From: Eledone cirrhosa | Taxonomy: Eukaryota | Reading direction: 5' to 3' | DNA: 64,000 bases | Assembly (NCBI GenBank): GCA_964016885.1 | Contig: OZ024762.1 | Span: 19,840,001 to 19,904,000, forward strand | In this document: piece after piece, positions 24,775-38,148 of the stretch | Layout of the letters: every line of letters starts with the position of its first letter | Position numbering within the stretch: the stretch's first letter is position 1 | Notes under the pieces: model-generated | What the model was told of the DNA's origin: nothing | Seen by the model: only the letters and a program-made list of their open reading frames with translations | The model's database searches: none | Made by a program: the position numbers and the translations under genes

Positions 24775-25215
24775 TATTATGGGACCTTGAGTTCAAGACC
24801 TCAAAGTCCAACACAACCACCCTGATATTGTTATAACTCCCCCCCCCCTCCTCTTCTCTATAAAAATAGACTCTAATTGATATTGCGATCCCTCAAGACC
24901 ACAATATGGCTGAAAATGAAATGGAAAAGATCAATAAGTATGCATACCTTGCAGGTGCTATAAGAACTGATCACCATATAGAGACAGATGTCGAGTCAAT
25001 TGTCTTTGGGGCACTAGGCACAGTCTCTAAATGTCTTAGTTCTTTTGTCAAAATGTCTTGGGATCCCCTACTTAATGGGCAGTCCCCAAATTTCTACCAT
25101 CACTAGCAATGCCAGAATCCTAGGCCATATATTGAACCTCTGTGGTCAATTAACGCACTTCACCTAGCAACCGATTGTTAGAGAAACCTTACAAAGGGGG
25201 GGGGGTGAATTTATT
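24775..25215 (+). mobile_element. R4/Dong-like non-LTR retrotransposon 3' fragment (restriction-like endonuclease)
   Basis: LWD...HNHPDIVI...LIDIAIPQDHN...EKINKY...IVFGALG is a PD..D RLE motif; flanked by TTA repeats; sister copy at 61893-62265. Confidence 0.85.
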
Positions 25216-25290
25216 ATTATTATTATTAAAGGTGGTGGATTGGCAGTATCGGTAGAACATTGGGCAAAATATTTAGCGATATTTTTTTAA

Positions 25291-25790
25291 CCCTTTAGCA
25301 TTTACATTACTTTATATTTACTATTGTATTTTCACAGTAAAGGCTTTACCTCACATAATACCTCACATAGCATTTACATTACTCTATATATACTATTGTA
25401 TTTTCACAGTAAAGGCTTTACCTCACATAATACCTCACATAGCATTTACATTACTCTATATATACTATTGTATTTTCACAGTAAAGGCTTTACCTCACAT
25501 AATACCTCACATAGCATTTACATTACTCTATATATACTATTGTATTTTCACAGTAAAGGCTTTACCTCACATAACATTTACATTACTCTATATTTACTAT
25601 TGTATTTTCACAGTAAAGGCTTTACCTCACATAGCATTTACATTACTCTATATTTACTATTGTATTTTCACAGTAAAGGCTTTATCTCACATAATATCGA
25701 ATCTATGAGATTTTGATATTATTTATTTTCAGAATAATATCCAAAGGGAGAGAATTCTGGTCGGATAAGGCCAGTTTAAATGCTAAAGGG
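25291..25790 (+). mobile_element. piggyBac-like MITE (family P) with 6 internal repeats, inserted in a SINE B
   Basis: TTAA TSD; 14-bp TIR CCCTTTAGCATTTA/TAAATGCTAAAGGG; SINE head at 25231-25286 resumes after 25795. Confidence 0.92.
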
Positions 25791-26119
25791 TTAAGACTTT
25801 CTACTTTTTTAGTTCAAATCCCGCTGAGGTAAATTTTGCCTTTTAAAATCCCTCCCAGGTTAGCTTTGCCTTTCGTCCTTACGGGGTCGATAAAGTAAAG
25901 CACCAGTAATGCGCTGGGGTCGATTTAATTGACTTTCCCTTCCCCCAAAATTGCTGGCCTTGTGCCTATATAAGAAACCATTAATATTTGGTTAATAAAT
26001 GTGAGTTCTGCTGTGAGATACTTACTAATATTTGATTTTATTCTTATTCTCAAAGTTTTCCAAATATTCATAAATATTGTCTGGTTGTTTGTAAAAAATA
26101 TATTGTAGTCGCAAAGATA

Positions 26120-26540
26120 GTTTAGAGAGAAACAGAGTGAGTGATGGGGATAGTGGGAGAGACAGAGAGGGGGGGGGGGGGTAGTGAGAGAGAGAGATGG
26201 AGATGGAGGTAGTGAGAGAGAGAGAGAGAGAGATGGAGGAAGTGAGAGAGATGGGGGTAGAGAGAGAGAGAGAGAGAGATGGAGGTAGTGAGAGAGAGAG
26301 AGATGGAGGAAGTGAGAGAGATGGGGGTAGAGAGAGAGAGAGAGATGGAGGAAGTGAGAGAGATGGGGGTAGAGAGAGAGAGAGAGAGAGATGGAGGTAG
26401 TGTGAGAGAGAGAGAGAGAGAGAGATGGAGGAAGTGAGAGAGAGATGGAGGTAGTGAGAGAGACAGAAAGAAAGAGAAGGAAATGGAGAAGGTGAGAGTG
26501 AGAGGGAAAGAAAGAGATGGCGGTAGACAGAGAAAGAATT
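26120..26540. repeat. GA-rich minisatellite
   Basis: GAGATGGAGG(A/T)AGTGAGAGAG units. Confidence 0.9.
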
Positions 26541-26714
26541 ATCATTCTTAAAACTTCTCTGACACCCCCCACCCACCATCACTTTAATTTTTATTATCTT
26601 TCCTCAATTAATCTTTGTTGAATGTTAATGGTTTGTTAATTAAAGTTGAGATTTGTGGCCCAATTATCTTCAACTTTTTCCTCTCCTTCTTTGTCTTATC
26701 TGTCTTTTTCTTCT

Positions 26715-27443
26715 TTTTACTACTACTATTATCACCACCACTACCACTACTACTACTACTATCACCACCACCACTACCACTACTACTACTACTATCACCA
26801 CCACCACCACTACTACTACTACTACTACCACTACTATCACCACCACCACTACTATTATCACCACTACTACTACTATCACTACCACCAACCACCATTACCA
26901 CTACTACTATCACCACCACCACCACTATTATCACCACCACTACTACCATCACCACCACCACTACTACCATCACCACCACCACTATTACTATCACCACCAC
27001 CACTACTACTACTTTCACCACCACTACTACTATCACCACTACCACCACTACTACCATCACCACCACCACTACTACTATCACCACTACCACCACTACTACC
27101 ACTATTACTACCATCACCACCACTACTACTATCACCACCACTACCACCACTACTACTTTCACCACCACTACCACCACTACTACTACTATCACCACCACCA
27201 CTACTACTACTATCACCACTACCACCACTACTATTACTATCACCACCACCACTACTACTACTACTACTATCACCACCACCACCACCACTACTACTACTAC
27301 TATCACCACTACCACTACCACCACTACTACTACTATCTCCACCACCAATAATAATAATACACATGTAAGCAAGTCAATTAGAATTTTTGTTTTTGTTTTG
27401 TTTTGTTTTATTGTTATTTTATTCACTTTGCTGCTGCTGCTGC

Positions 27444-27486
<43 letters not shown>

Positions 27487-27722
27487 GGATGATTTTTGCG
27501 AATTGCTACAACTGCACAAGTCTTGCAATTATTGTAAATTCATTCAGAAACCACCACCAACGCCACCACCACCAACAACAACAACAACACCACCAACAAC
27601 ATGACCAACAACAACAATACCACCACCACCAACATCACCACCAACAACAACAGCAATACCAACATCACCAACAGCACCACCAACAACACTACCCCCCCAC
27701 CAACAACAACAACAGCAACACG

Positions 27723-27754
<32 letters not shown>

Positions 27755-27775
27755 CATTTATAATAATAACAATAA
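26715..27775. repeat. Trinucleotide repeats (ACT/ACC, GCT/GTT, AAC)
   Basis: Direct inspection; explains poly-T/V/H/Y ORFs. Confidence 0.93.
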
Positions 27776-28059
27776 TTAAGACAGAAAGAAAGGAAGGAAG
27801 AAAGTGGGAAAGGAAAGAAATTTGAGAAAAAAGTCATTAGGAATTTATTTAGTATTTCTCAAGTGTTTTAAAAGAAGAATGGACTGATGAAGAATTTAGT
27901 AGCATATGTCACTGTTGATTATATTCTACCATTCTTGATGAAAATGTAACTTGAATTCCATTGATTTCTTCAAATGAAATTTTCCAAAACTAGTCAACAC
28001 ATTTATATTATATTATATTTTATGTGTTGTTCTTTGGTTTTAGAAATTATACAAATTAT

Positions 28060-29612
28060 TGTTGTTGTTTGTAACACTTTTGTTCTGAAAGATGTTATAT
28101 CAACACTATACTAAAAGAGCGAGCCATGGCCAATAGCCAAAGGTCCTTTGGGTCATCCTTTCTCCTTCAACTTTCTAACACTCTCTTTAGAATCCTTGCT
28201 ATTCCTAGCAAGGCTGTTTTCTGCAACAATCCCGTTATACTAAAAGAGCAAGACATGGCCAATAGCCAAAGGTCTTTTGGGTCATCCCTTCTCCTTTAAC
28301 TTTCTAACACTCTCTTTAGAATCCTTGCTATTCCTAGCAAGGCTGTTTTCTGCAACAATCCTGATATACTAAAAGAGCAAGACATGGCCAATAGCCAAAG
28401 GTCTTTTGGGTCATCCTTTCTCCTTCAACTTTCTAACACTCTCTTTAGAATCCTTGCTATTCCTAGCAAGGCTGTTTTCTGCAACAATCCCGTTATACTA
28501 AAAGAGCAAGACATGGCCAATAGCCAAAGGTCTTTTGGGTCATCCCTTCTCCTTTAACTTTCTAACACTCTCTTTAGAATCCTTGCTATTCCTAGCAAGG
28601 CTGTTTTCTGCAACAATCCTGTTATACTAAAAGAGCAAACCATGGCCAATAGCCAAAGGTCTTTTGGGTCATCCTTTCTCCTTTAACTTTCTAACACTCT
28701 CTTTAGAATCCTTGCTATTCCTAGCAAGGCTGTTTTCTGCAACAATCCTGTTATACTAAAAGAGCGAGCCATGGCCAATAGCCAAAGGTCTTTTGGGTCA
28801 TCCTTTCTTCTTCAACTTTCTAACACTCTCTTTAGAATCCTTGCTATTCCTAGCAAGGCTGTTTTCTGCAACAATCCTGTTATACTAAAAGAGCAAACCA
28901 TGGCCAATAGCCAAAGGTCTTTTGGGTCATCCTTTCTTCTTCAACTTTCTAACACTCTCTTTAGAATCCTTGCTATTCCTAGCAAGGCTGTTTTCTGCAA
29001 CAATCCTGTCCTGATGGTAATTCCTAGCTTCTCAAGCCATGCATCTAACCTTCTACTAACTACTCCCAGTACACCAACCCCAATTGGTACCACTTCTACA
29101 TGTCTAACCTGCTAACTACTCCCAGTACACCAACCACAATCGGTACCACTTCTACATGTCTAACCTACTAACTACTCCCAGTACACCAACCACAATCGGT
29201 ACCACTTCTACATGTCTAACCTACTACTAACTACTCCCAGTACACCAACCACAATCGGTACCACTTCTACATGTCTAACCTACTACTAACTACTCCCAGT
29301 ACACCAACCACAATTGGTACCACTTCTATGTGTCTGATTCTCCACAGTTTCCTGATTTCCCTCTTCAGTTCCTGGTATTTCTCAACTTTCTCACTTCCCA
29401 ACTCATCCACCCTGTGGCCCCACCGTGAAGCAATATCCATAATACATACCTTGTTATTCTTCTTTTCTACAACAACAATGTCAGGCTTTCTAGCCACGAT
29501 AAAATGGTCACACTGGATGGTCATGTCCCACAAGATCTTATATCGTTCATTTTCAGCCACCGTTTCCAGTTGGCGTTCACACCATTTCTCACTTCTGCTC
29601 AGGTCATACTTA
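28060..29612 (-). mobile_element. R4/Dong-like RLE LINE 3' region with internal tandem amplifications
   Basis: Minus strand: ENERYKILWDMTIQCDHFIVARKPDIVVVEK...DIA...EKVEKYQEL...PIVVGVLG...LQKTALLG; 129-bp unit x7 (28107-29009) and ~57-bp unit x5 (29045-29330). Confidence 0.9.
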
Positions 29613-29637
29613 TGAAAGTGCTTCCAGTATTAGTAAT

Positions 29638-29785
29638 AATTGTTTCTACTTTTGGCACAAGGCCAGCAATTACCCAGTGTATTACTGGTACTTTATTTTA
29701 TCGACCCCGTAAGGATGAAAGGCAAAGTCAACCTCGGCGAGATTTGAACTCAGATCGTAAAGGGACGTAACTATGCTGGAAAGTA
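29638..29785 (-). mobile_element. SINE family B, 5'-truncated
   Basis: Reverse complement of family B core and tail. Confidence 0.85.
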
Positions 29786-29789
29786 TTAT

Positions 29790-30030
29790 TAGTAATAATA
29801 TAACTCTTTTGTTCTGGCAGATGTTATACTGACACTATACCAAAAGAGTAAGCCATAGCCAATGGCCCTTTGGGTCATTCCTTCTTCTTCAACTTTCTAA
29901 CACCCTTCTTAGAATTCTTGTTGTTCCTTGCAGGGCTGTGTTTTGCAACAGTCCCATCCTGATGATAATTACTAGCTTCTCAAGCTATGCATCTAACCTT
30001 TTAATAACTGCTCCCAGTACACCAACACAC
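29790..30030 (-). mobile_element. Second diverged R4/Dong-like 3' end
   Basis: Homologous to the 28080-29075 monomer. Confidence 0.8.
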
Positions 30031-30079
30031 TTATTGTTATTATTATTATTATTTTTATTATTATTAGTGTGAATTATGT

Positions 30080-30272
30080 GCGGTGATTGGCAGTATCGGT
30101 AGAGGGTCAGACATGCTTACCAGCATAGTTACGTCTCTTTACGTTCTGAGTTCAAATCCCGCCAAGGTTAACTTTGCCTTTCATCCTTACGGTGTTGATA
30201 AAATAAAGTACCAGTAATGTACTGGGTAATTGCTGGCCTTGTGCCAAAAGTAGAAACAATTATTATTATTAT
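30080..30272 (+). mobile_element. SINE family B, full length
   Basis: A/B boxes, core and TTA tail. Confidence 0.88.
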
Positions 30273-30284
30273 TAGGTGGAATAT

Positions 30285-30459
30285 GTATAGTTTGACCAAG
30301 ATACTCTCATGGAATGACCAAATGAAGTTTATTTTTCAACATGGTCTTTAAAAAAAAACAATGCAGTTATTCATAAGAAAAGTTGAAATTAATGCAGGCA
30401 AGATTTCACAGCACCATCATCTCTCCTTCATATGAATTTTTCATCCAACTACCCTTGTA
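30285..30459. mobile_element. Possible mariner-type non-autonomous remnant
   Basis: Ends GAATTTTTCATCC..CCCTTG-TA, resembling mariner TIRs; only one end visible. Confidence 0.35.
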
Positions 30460-31670
30460 CTGTGTCTTTTATTATAAATATGGTAATGAAAGGGCTACAG
30501 AAGAATAAGCTGAGGAACTTAGTACTGTCGCTATTTGTTAGCAGAGAAAATACACATTAAATGATGATTGTGGAAATGAATATGTGACGTGTGAAAATGT
30601 AACTAGAATTCCATTTATTTCTTGAAATCAAATTCTGCAAACCAGTCAACAGAATTATATTATGTGTTGTTCTTCTATTATATAAATTATTATTATTATT
30701 TATTATCATTATTATGATTATTTATTATTTTCATTTTCTTTTTAATTTTACTTTGTTTCTGTCAGGACAGGGCAAATTGCATTTTAATGCAATCTTTGTT
30801 TGGAAAGAGTTTTAAAAAATATAAAAAATGTATTTTAGCTGACAAGACCAGCTAAGTTATCTTAGAGATTAAATATTTTTGTTGATCTGCACTTTAATCT
30901 ATCAAGAGTTGAACTGAAATTGAATATTTATTGGTTCAAGTTTTTAAATAAACAGTGAAGTCATTTCACAACAAAAATATATAAATATAAATATATATAT
31001 ATATTTGTGTTTGATTTTAATTGAATCCACTGGGAAGACAAGCTATTTCATTGTTTTTATATTATTAAAATATATTTTTTTAATTACCTTTTTTAAAACA
31101 TTTTTGTAATATTGGATCTGACAGTTTAAACAGTGGAAAATAAGATAAAATTGTTTTTAAAAAACATTAAGGTATTAGATGTGAAGTTTTGTTGTTTACT
31201 CTGAGAAATTATTTAACTCTTAACATCCTGAACCACACAAGACAGCATGAAGAAGATGTTCTTGAAAAGTATAATACAGCACTCTGGCTGTGCTATATGA
31301 AGAATGAATGCCTTTGCCTTAACGCTGTACATTTATACTGTGCTCTGTCCCTGTATGTGGACTAGTGTGGTTTGGTGTGTTGTGTTCTTGGACAAGACAC
31401 TTCATTTCACGTTGCTTTTTATAATAGGACTGAGACCCTTATCATTAAAAAGACCCACAAAATTTTCTTTGAGATACAACCTCATAAGAGGCCAGCTATA
31501 TCTGCAGAGTTGAGAGCTGTACATTTCTTCTCTTTTTTTTTCCTGCACTACCCCAGGGTGTTAAATTCCCTGGTGTTAAAGTACTGCCCTTGCGACAAGT
31601 CTTCAGTTATCCTACTTTTCAAGTTAGCAACATTATTATTAATTTTTTTGTTTAAATTCTTTTTTTTTTT

Positions 31671-34615
31671 TTCTTCGCCCACTTATTCCTGAGAGGGTCA
31701 TTGAGGCATGGGGTAGAGTCCTCAAACACTCCTTCCAGTGGGTCCTGTCAGAAGCAACCATCTCCAACTGATCCGGCTGGATCGCCAACCATCTTGTTCG
31801 GGGTCTATCCCTGAGTCTCTTGCCAGCTGGTTTTTGTCCGTAAAATCTCTCCAGCAATTCTTTCCTGAGACATTGAGACATTCTAACCCCATGCCCGTAG
31901 TATCAGAGCTGTGATCTCTCTCAATTTCATTTTTAACTAATTATGTCCGACCATCTTGCTCAGGGTCTGCCTCATGGGCCTCTTGCCAGCTGGTTTTTGT
32001 CCGTAAAATCTCTCCAGCAATTCTTTCCTGAGACATTGAGACATTCTAACCCCATGCCCGTAGTATCAGAGCTGTGATCTCTCTCAATTTCATTTTTAAC
32101 TAATTATGTCCGACCATCTTGCTCAGGGTCTGCCTCATGGGCCTCTTGCCAGCTGGTTTTTGTCCGTAAAATCTGTCCAGCAATTCTTTCCTGAGACATT
32201 GAGACATTCTAACCCCATGCCCGTAGTATCAGAGCTGTGATCTCTCAATTTCATTTTTAACTAATTATGTCCGACCATCTTGCTCAGGGTCTACCTCATG
32301 GGCCTCTTGCCGGCTGGTTTTTGTCCGTAAAATCTCTCCAGCAATTCTTTCCTGAGACATTGAGACATTCTAACCCCATGCCCGTAGTATCAGAGCTGTG
32401 ATCTCTCTCAATTTCATTTTTAACTAATTATGTCCGACCATCTTGCTCAGGGTCTGCCTCATGGGCCTCTTGCCAGCTGGTTTTTGTCCGTAAAATCTCT
32501 CCAGCAATTCTTTCCTGAGACATTGAGACATTCTAACCCCATGTCCGTAGTATCAGAGCTGTGATCTCTCAATTTCATTTTTAACTAATTATGTCCGACC
32601 ATCTTGCTCAGGGTCTACCTCATGGGCCTCTTGCCGGCTGGTTTTTGTCCATAAAATCTGTCCAGCAATTCTTTCCTGAGACATTGAGACATTCTAACCC
32701 CATGGCCGTAGTATCAGAGCTGTGATCTCTCAATTTCATTTTTAACTAATTATGTCCTACCATCTTGCTCAGGGTCTACCTCATGGGCCTCTTGCCGGCT
32801 GGTTTTTGTCCATAAAATCTCTCCAGCAATTCTTTCCTGAGACATTGAGACATTCTAACCCCATGTCCGTAGTATCAGAGCTGTGATCTCTCTCAATTTC
32901 ATTTTTAACTAATTATGTCCGACCATCTTGCTCAGGGTCTGCCTCATGGGCCTCTTGCCAGCTGGTTTTTGTCCGTAAAATCTCTCCAGCAATTCTTTCC
33001 TGAGACATTGAGACATTCTAACCCCATGCCCGTAGTATCAGAGCTGTGATCTCTCTCAATTTCATTTTTAACTAATTATGTCCGACCATCTTGCTCAGGG
33101 TCTGCCTCATGGGCCTCTTGCCGGCTGGTTTTTGTCCGTAAAATCTCTCCAGCAATTCTTTCCTGAGACATTGAGACATTCTAACCCCATGCCCGTAGTA
33201 TCAGAGCTGTGATCTCTCAATTTCATTTTTAACTAATTATGTCCTACCATCTTGCTCAGGGTCTGCCTCATGGGCCTCTTGCCGGCTGGTTTTTGTCCGT
33301 AAAATCTCTCCAGCAATTCTTTCCTGAGACATTGAGACATTCTAACCCCATGCCCGTAGTATCAGAGCTGTGATCTCTCAATTTCATTTTTAACTAATTA
33401 TGTCCGACCATCTTGCTCAGGGTCTACCTCATGGGCCTCTTGCCAGCTGGTTTTTGTCCGTAAAATCTCTCCAGCAATTCTTTCCTGAGACATTGAGACA
33501 TTCTAACCCCATGCCCGTAGTATCAGAGCTGTGATCTCTCTCAATTTCATTTTTAACTAATTATGTCCGACCATCTTGCTCAGGGTCTACCTCATGGGCC
33601 TCTTGCCAGCTGGTTTTTGTCCGTAAAATCTCTCCAGCAATTCTTTCCTGAGACATTGAGACATTCTAACCCCATGCCCGTAGTATCAGAGCTGTGATCT
33701 CTCTCAATTTCATTTTTAACTAATTATGTCCGACCATCTTGCTCAGGGTCTGCCTCATGGGCCTCTTGCCAGCTGGTTTTTGTCCGTAAAATCTCTCCAG
33801 CAATTCTTTCCTGAGACATTGAGACATTCTAACCCCATGCCCGTAGTATCAGAGCTGTGATCTCTCTCAATTTCATTTTTAACTAATTATGTCCGACCAT
33901 CTTGCTCAGGGTCTGCCTCATGGGCCTCTTGCCAGCTGGTTTTTGTCCGTAAAATCTCTCCAGCAATTCTTTCCTGAGACATTGAGACATTCTAACCCCA
34001 TGTCCGTAGTATCAGAGCTGTGATCTCTCTCAATTTCATTTTTAACTAATTATGTCCGACCATCTTGCTCAGGGTCTGCCTCATGCGCCTCTTGCCGGCT
34101 GGTTTTTGTCCATAAAATCTGTCCAGCAATTCTTTCCTGAGACATTGAGACATTCTAACCCCATGCCCGTAGTATCAGAGCTGTGATCTCTCAATTTCAT
34201 TTTTAACTAATTATGTCCTACCATCTTGCTCAGGGTCTACCTCATGGGCCTCTTGCCAGCTGGTTTTTGTCCATAAAATCTGTCCAGCAATTCTTTCCTG
34301 AGACATTGAGACATTCTAACCCCATGCCCGTAGTATCAGAGCTGTGATCTCTCAATTTCATTTTTAACTAATTATGTCCTACCATCTTGCTCAGGGTCTA
34401 CCTCATGGGCCTCTTGCCGGCTGGTTTTTGTCCGTAAAATCTCTCCAGCAATTCTTTCCTGAGACATTGAGACATTCTAACCCCATGCCCGTAGTATCAG
34501 AGCTGTGATCTCTCAATTTCATTTTTAACTAATTATGTCCTACCATCTTGCTCAGGATCTACCTCATGGGCCTCTTGCCGGCTGGTTTTTGTCCATAAAA
34601 TCTGTCCAGCAATCT
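31671..34615 (-). repeat. 161-163-bp satellite (~17 copies) seeded from a Rex3/Expander-like LINE 3' end
   Basis: LINE terminus at 31671-31925; unit TCTTGCCAGCTGG...CAGAGCTGTGATCTCTC...CCATCTTGCTCAGGG recurs at 31818, 31981, 32144 ... 34573. Confidence 0.95.
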
Positions 34616-34629
34616 GCCTGAACCTCATT

Positions 34630-34860
34630 ACTTCTGGTTCTAAGATACAAAACTTTATTTTAGAATGTTTAGATTCATCTAAAAGCCTTACATCCTAATT
34701 TTATGCAAAAAAAAAAGCCTTTGTTATGTTACAAACACAAACGTAATAATGAGAAAATTTGTTATATTATGAAATCTTTCCAAATTCTTCATTATTTTCA
34801 AAATTGTTTGACAAACATAAGCATAAGCAGTTTCTTTCACTAGAAATATGGTAATGAAAA
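34630..34860. mobile_element. MITE family M copy
   Basis: Similar to 4097-4290 (CCTTTGTTA.GTTA...CCAAATTCTTCATTATTTTCAAAATT). Confidence 0.6.
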
Positions 34861-34861
34861 T

Positions 34862-35473
34862 ATATGTGTATGTGTTTATGTGAGTGTGAGTGTACATATA
34901 TGTGTGTATGTGTATATATGTATATATATGTATGTATGCCTGCGGATATATATATGTATGTTTGTATGTGAGTGTATATATATATATATGTGTGTGTGTG
35001 TGTATGTATATATGTATGTATGTATGCATGCATGTATGCATGTAGATATATAAATATAGGTATGCTTGTATGTGTGTATATATGTGTGTGTGTGTGTGTG
35101 TATGTATATATGTATGTATGCATGTGTGCATGTAGATATATATATGTATGTTTGTATGTGTTTGTATATATATATATATGTGTGTGTGTGTATGTATGCA
35201 TGTAGATATATAAATATAGGTATGTTTGTATGTGTGTGTGTGTGTGTGTGTGTATGTATATATGTATGTATGCATGCATGTGTGCATGTAGATATATATA
35301 TATGTATGTTTGTATGTGTGTGTATATATATGTGTGTGTATGTATATATGTATGTATGCATGCATGTGTGCATGTAGATATATATATGTATGTTTGTATG
35401 TGTTTGTATATATATATGTGTGTGTATGTATGTATGATTGCATGTATGCATGTAGATATATATATGTATGTTT

Positions 35474-35552
<79 letters not shown>

Positions 35553-35640
35553 CGTGCGTGCGCGCATATATATATAAATTTTTGTGTGTATGTACATATA
35601 TATCTGTATGTATATATATATATGTATGTTTGTATGTGTG

Positions 35641-35696
<56 letters not shown>

Positions 35697-35784
35697 CGTG
35701 CGTGCGCGCATATATATATAAATTTTTGTGTGTATGTACATATATATCTGTATGTATATATATATATGTATGTTTGTATGTGTG

Positions 35785-35844
<60 letters not shown>

Positions 35845-35932
35845 CATGCGTGCGCGCATATATATATAAATTTTTGTGTGTATGTACATATATATCTGTA
35901 TGTATATATATATATGTATGTTTGTATGTGTG

Positions 35933-35990
<58 letters not shown>

Positions 35991-36078
35991 CGTGCGTGCG
36001 CGCATATATATATAAATTTTTGTGTGTATGTACATATATATCTGTATGTATATATATATATGTATGTTTGTATGTGTG

Positions 36079-36146
<68 letters not shown>

Positions 36147-36228
36147 CGTGCGTGCGCGCATATATATATAAATTTTTGTGTGTATGTACATATATATCTG
36201 TATGTATATATATATATGTTTGTGTGTG
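34862..36228. repeat. Compound TA/TG microsatellite including five ~150-bp tandem units
   Basis: CGTGCGCGCATATATATATAAATTTTTGTG recurs five times in 35550-36185. Confidence 0.93.
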
Positions 36229-36546
36229 AGGGAGAGAAAGAGGATATTTGCATAAAACTATTGATTATTATGTGAAAATAGATTTTTGAAAATGTTTTGT
36301 TTCTCCCCCTCCCTCTTTTTCTCCCCCTCCCTCTTTTTCTCTATCTCCTCTCTTTTTCTCCCTCTCCCTCCTTTTCTCTATCTCCTCTCTTTTTCTCCCT
36401 CTCCCTCCTTTTCTCTATCTCCTCTCTTTTTCTCCCTCTCCCTCCTTTTCTCTATCTCCTCTCTTTTTCTCTATCTCCTCTCTTTCTCTCTCTTGGATTA
36501 GCTAAATAGACATGAACAGTACCATTGCATTGAGTAACAGATATAG

Positions 36547-37130
36547 TGTGGTGGTGGTGGTGGTGGTGGTGGTGGTGGGTAGTGGTTGTGGCGTTGGTAG
36601 TGGTTATGGTGATGGTGGTGTTGTTGGTGGTGGTGGGTAGTGGTTGTGGTGTTGGTGGTGGTGGTGGGTAGTGGTTGTGGCGTTGGTGGTGGGTAGTGGT
36701 TGTGGTGATGGTGGTGTTGTTGTTGGTGGTGGGTAGTGGTGGTGGTGGTGGTGGTGGGTAGTGGTTGTGGTGTTGGTGGTGGTGGTGGGTAGTGGTTGTG
36801 GCGTTGGTGGTGGGTAGTGGTTGTGGTGATGGTGGTGTTGTTGGTGGTGGGTAGTGGTGGTGGTGGTGGTGGTGGTGGTGGGTAGTGGTTGTGGTGTTGG
36901 TGGTGGTGGTGGGTAGTGGTTGTGGCGTTGGTGGTGGGTAGTGGTTGTGGTGATGGTGGTGTTGTTGTTGGTGGTGGGTAGTGGTGGTGGTGGTGGTGGT
37001 GATGGTGGTATTGGTGTTGTTAGTGGTGGTGGTTGTGGTGTTGTTGTTGGTGGTGGTTGTCGTGGGTAGTGGTGATGGTGGTATTGGTGTTGTTGTTGGT
37101 GGTGGTGGCTGTGGTGGTGATGGATGTGAG
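36547..37130. repeat. (GGT)n-based minisatellite
   Basis: GGTGGGTAGTGGTTGTGG units. Confidence 0.92.
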
Positions 37131-37414
37131 GGGGGGGGGGGGGGATATCGGTGTTGGTGGTGGGTAATGGTAATGATGCTATATAGTATGGCAGGCAATA
37201 GTTTACCATTCAACCATTGCTGGATTCTAACAATCTAAACCTACAAGCTACCAGAGAAAGTGAAATCAAATTATATCTTAATGGATTTATCATTCATTTC
37301 TTATTTATTCATATTTCCAACCATTCCTTCATCGATACAGTTAGTTATTTTCAGTCATTCCCTTGTTTTTTTAATTATTTATTCATTTATATACATATAT
37401 ATATATATACATAC

Positions 37415-37486
<72 letters not shown>

Positions 37487-37566
37487 ATATAATAATAATA
37501 AATTTGAAGACTAAAATCCAAAGAGGGCTCGATAAGGATAAATATTTGTTATTTTAATAAATCTAT

Positions 37567-37901
37567 ATTCATTTCATTTTACATCCGCTTTTTCCCTGCT
37601 TGCAAGGGTGGGACAGGAACTGATTCTGGCTTGATTTCTACAGCTGGATGCCCTTCCTAACACCAACCTCATTTACAGTGAGTGCTGGGTTCTTTTTTTG
37701 CCGTGGCACCTCCACAACCACTTTGCAGTGGAATGATAGGGACCCCAGTCCCTATCATCTCATTTCTACAGCTGAGTAAACTGGAGCAATGTGAAATAAA
37801 GTGTCTTGCTCAAGGAAACAACACATCACCTGGTCTGAGAATTGAACTCACAACCTTTCGATTGCAAGGCCAATGCTCTAACTACTAAGTCATGTGCCTC
37901 C
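37567..37901 (-). mobile_element. SINE family A, full length
   Basis: Reverse complement of 23926-24261. Confidence 0.93.
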
Positions 37902-37937
37902 ATATATATATATCTATATATATATATGTGTGTGTGT

Positions 37938-38087
37938 GGGCGATGCGTTATGTCCTTGAGCAAGACACTTTATTTCACATTGCTCCTTCTACCTGGAGTT
38001 GCAACTGACAGATAGTATTAGCAATTAGAAAAACCAACGGAAACATTGTTTCCTCGGTCCAATTTGACGAAAGTCAATCTACTGTCG

Positions 38088-38088
<1 letters not shown>
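37938..38088 (+). mobile_element. SINE family C, 5'-truncated
   Basis: Matches the reverse complement of 15915-16058. Confidence 0.8.

Positions 38089-38148
<60 letters not shown>

Noticed and set aside
34724-36275. Long YI/HT/CV-rich ORFs (also at 2, 5, 14, 21, 42 and 63 kb)
   Set aside because: Translations of dinucleotide microsatellites.
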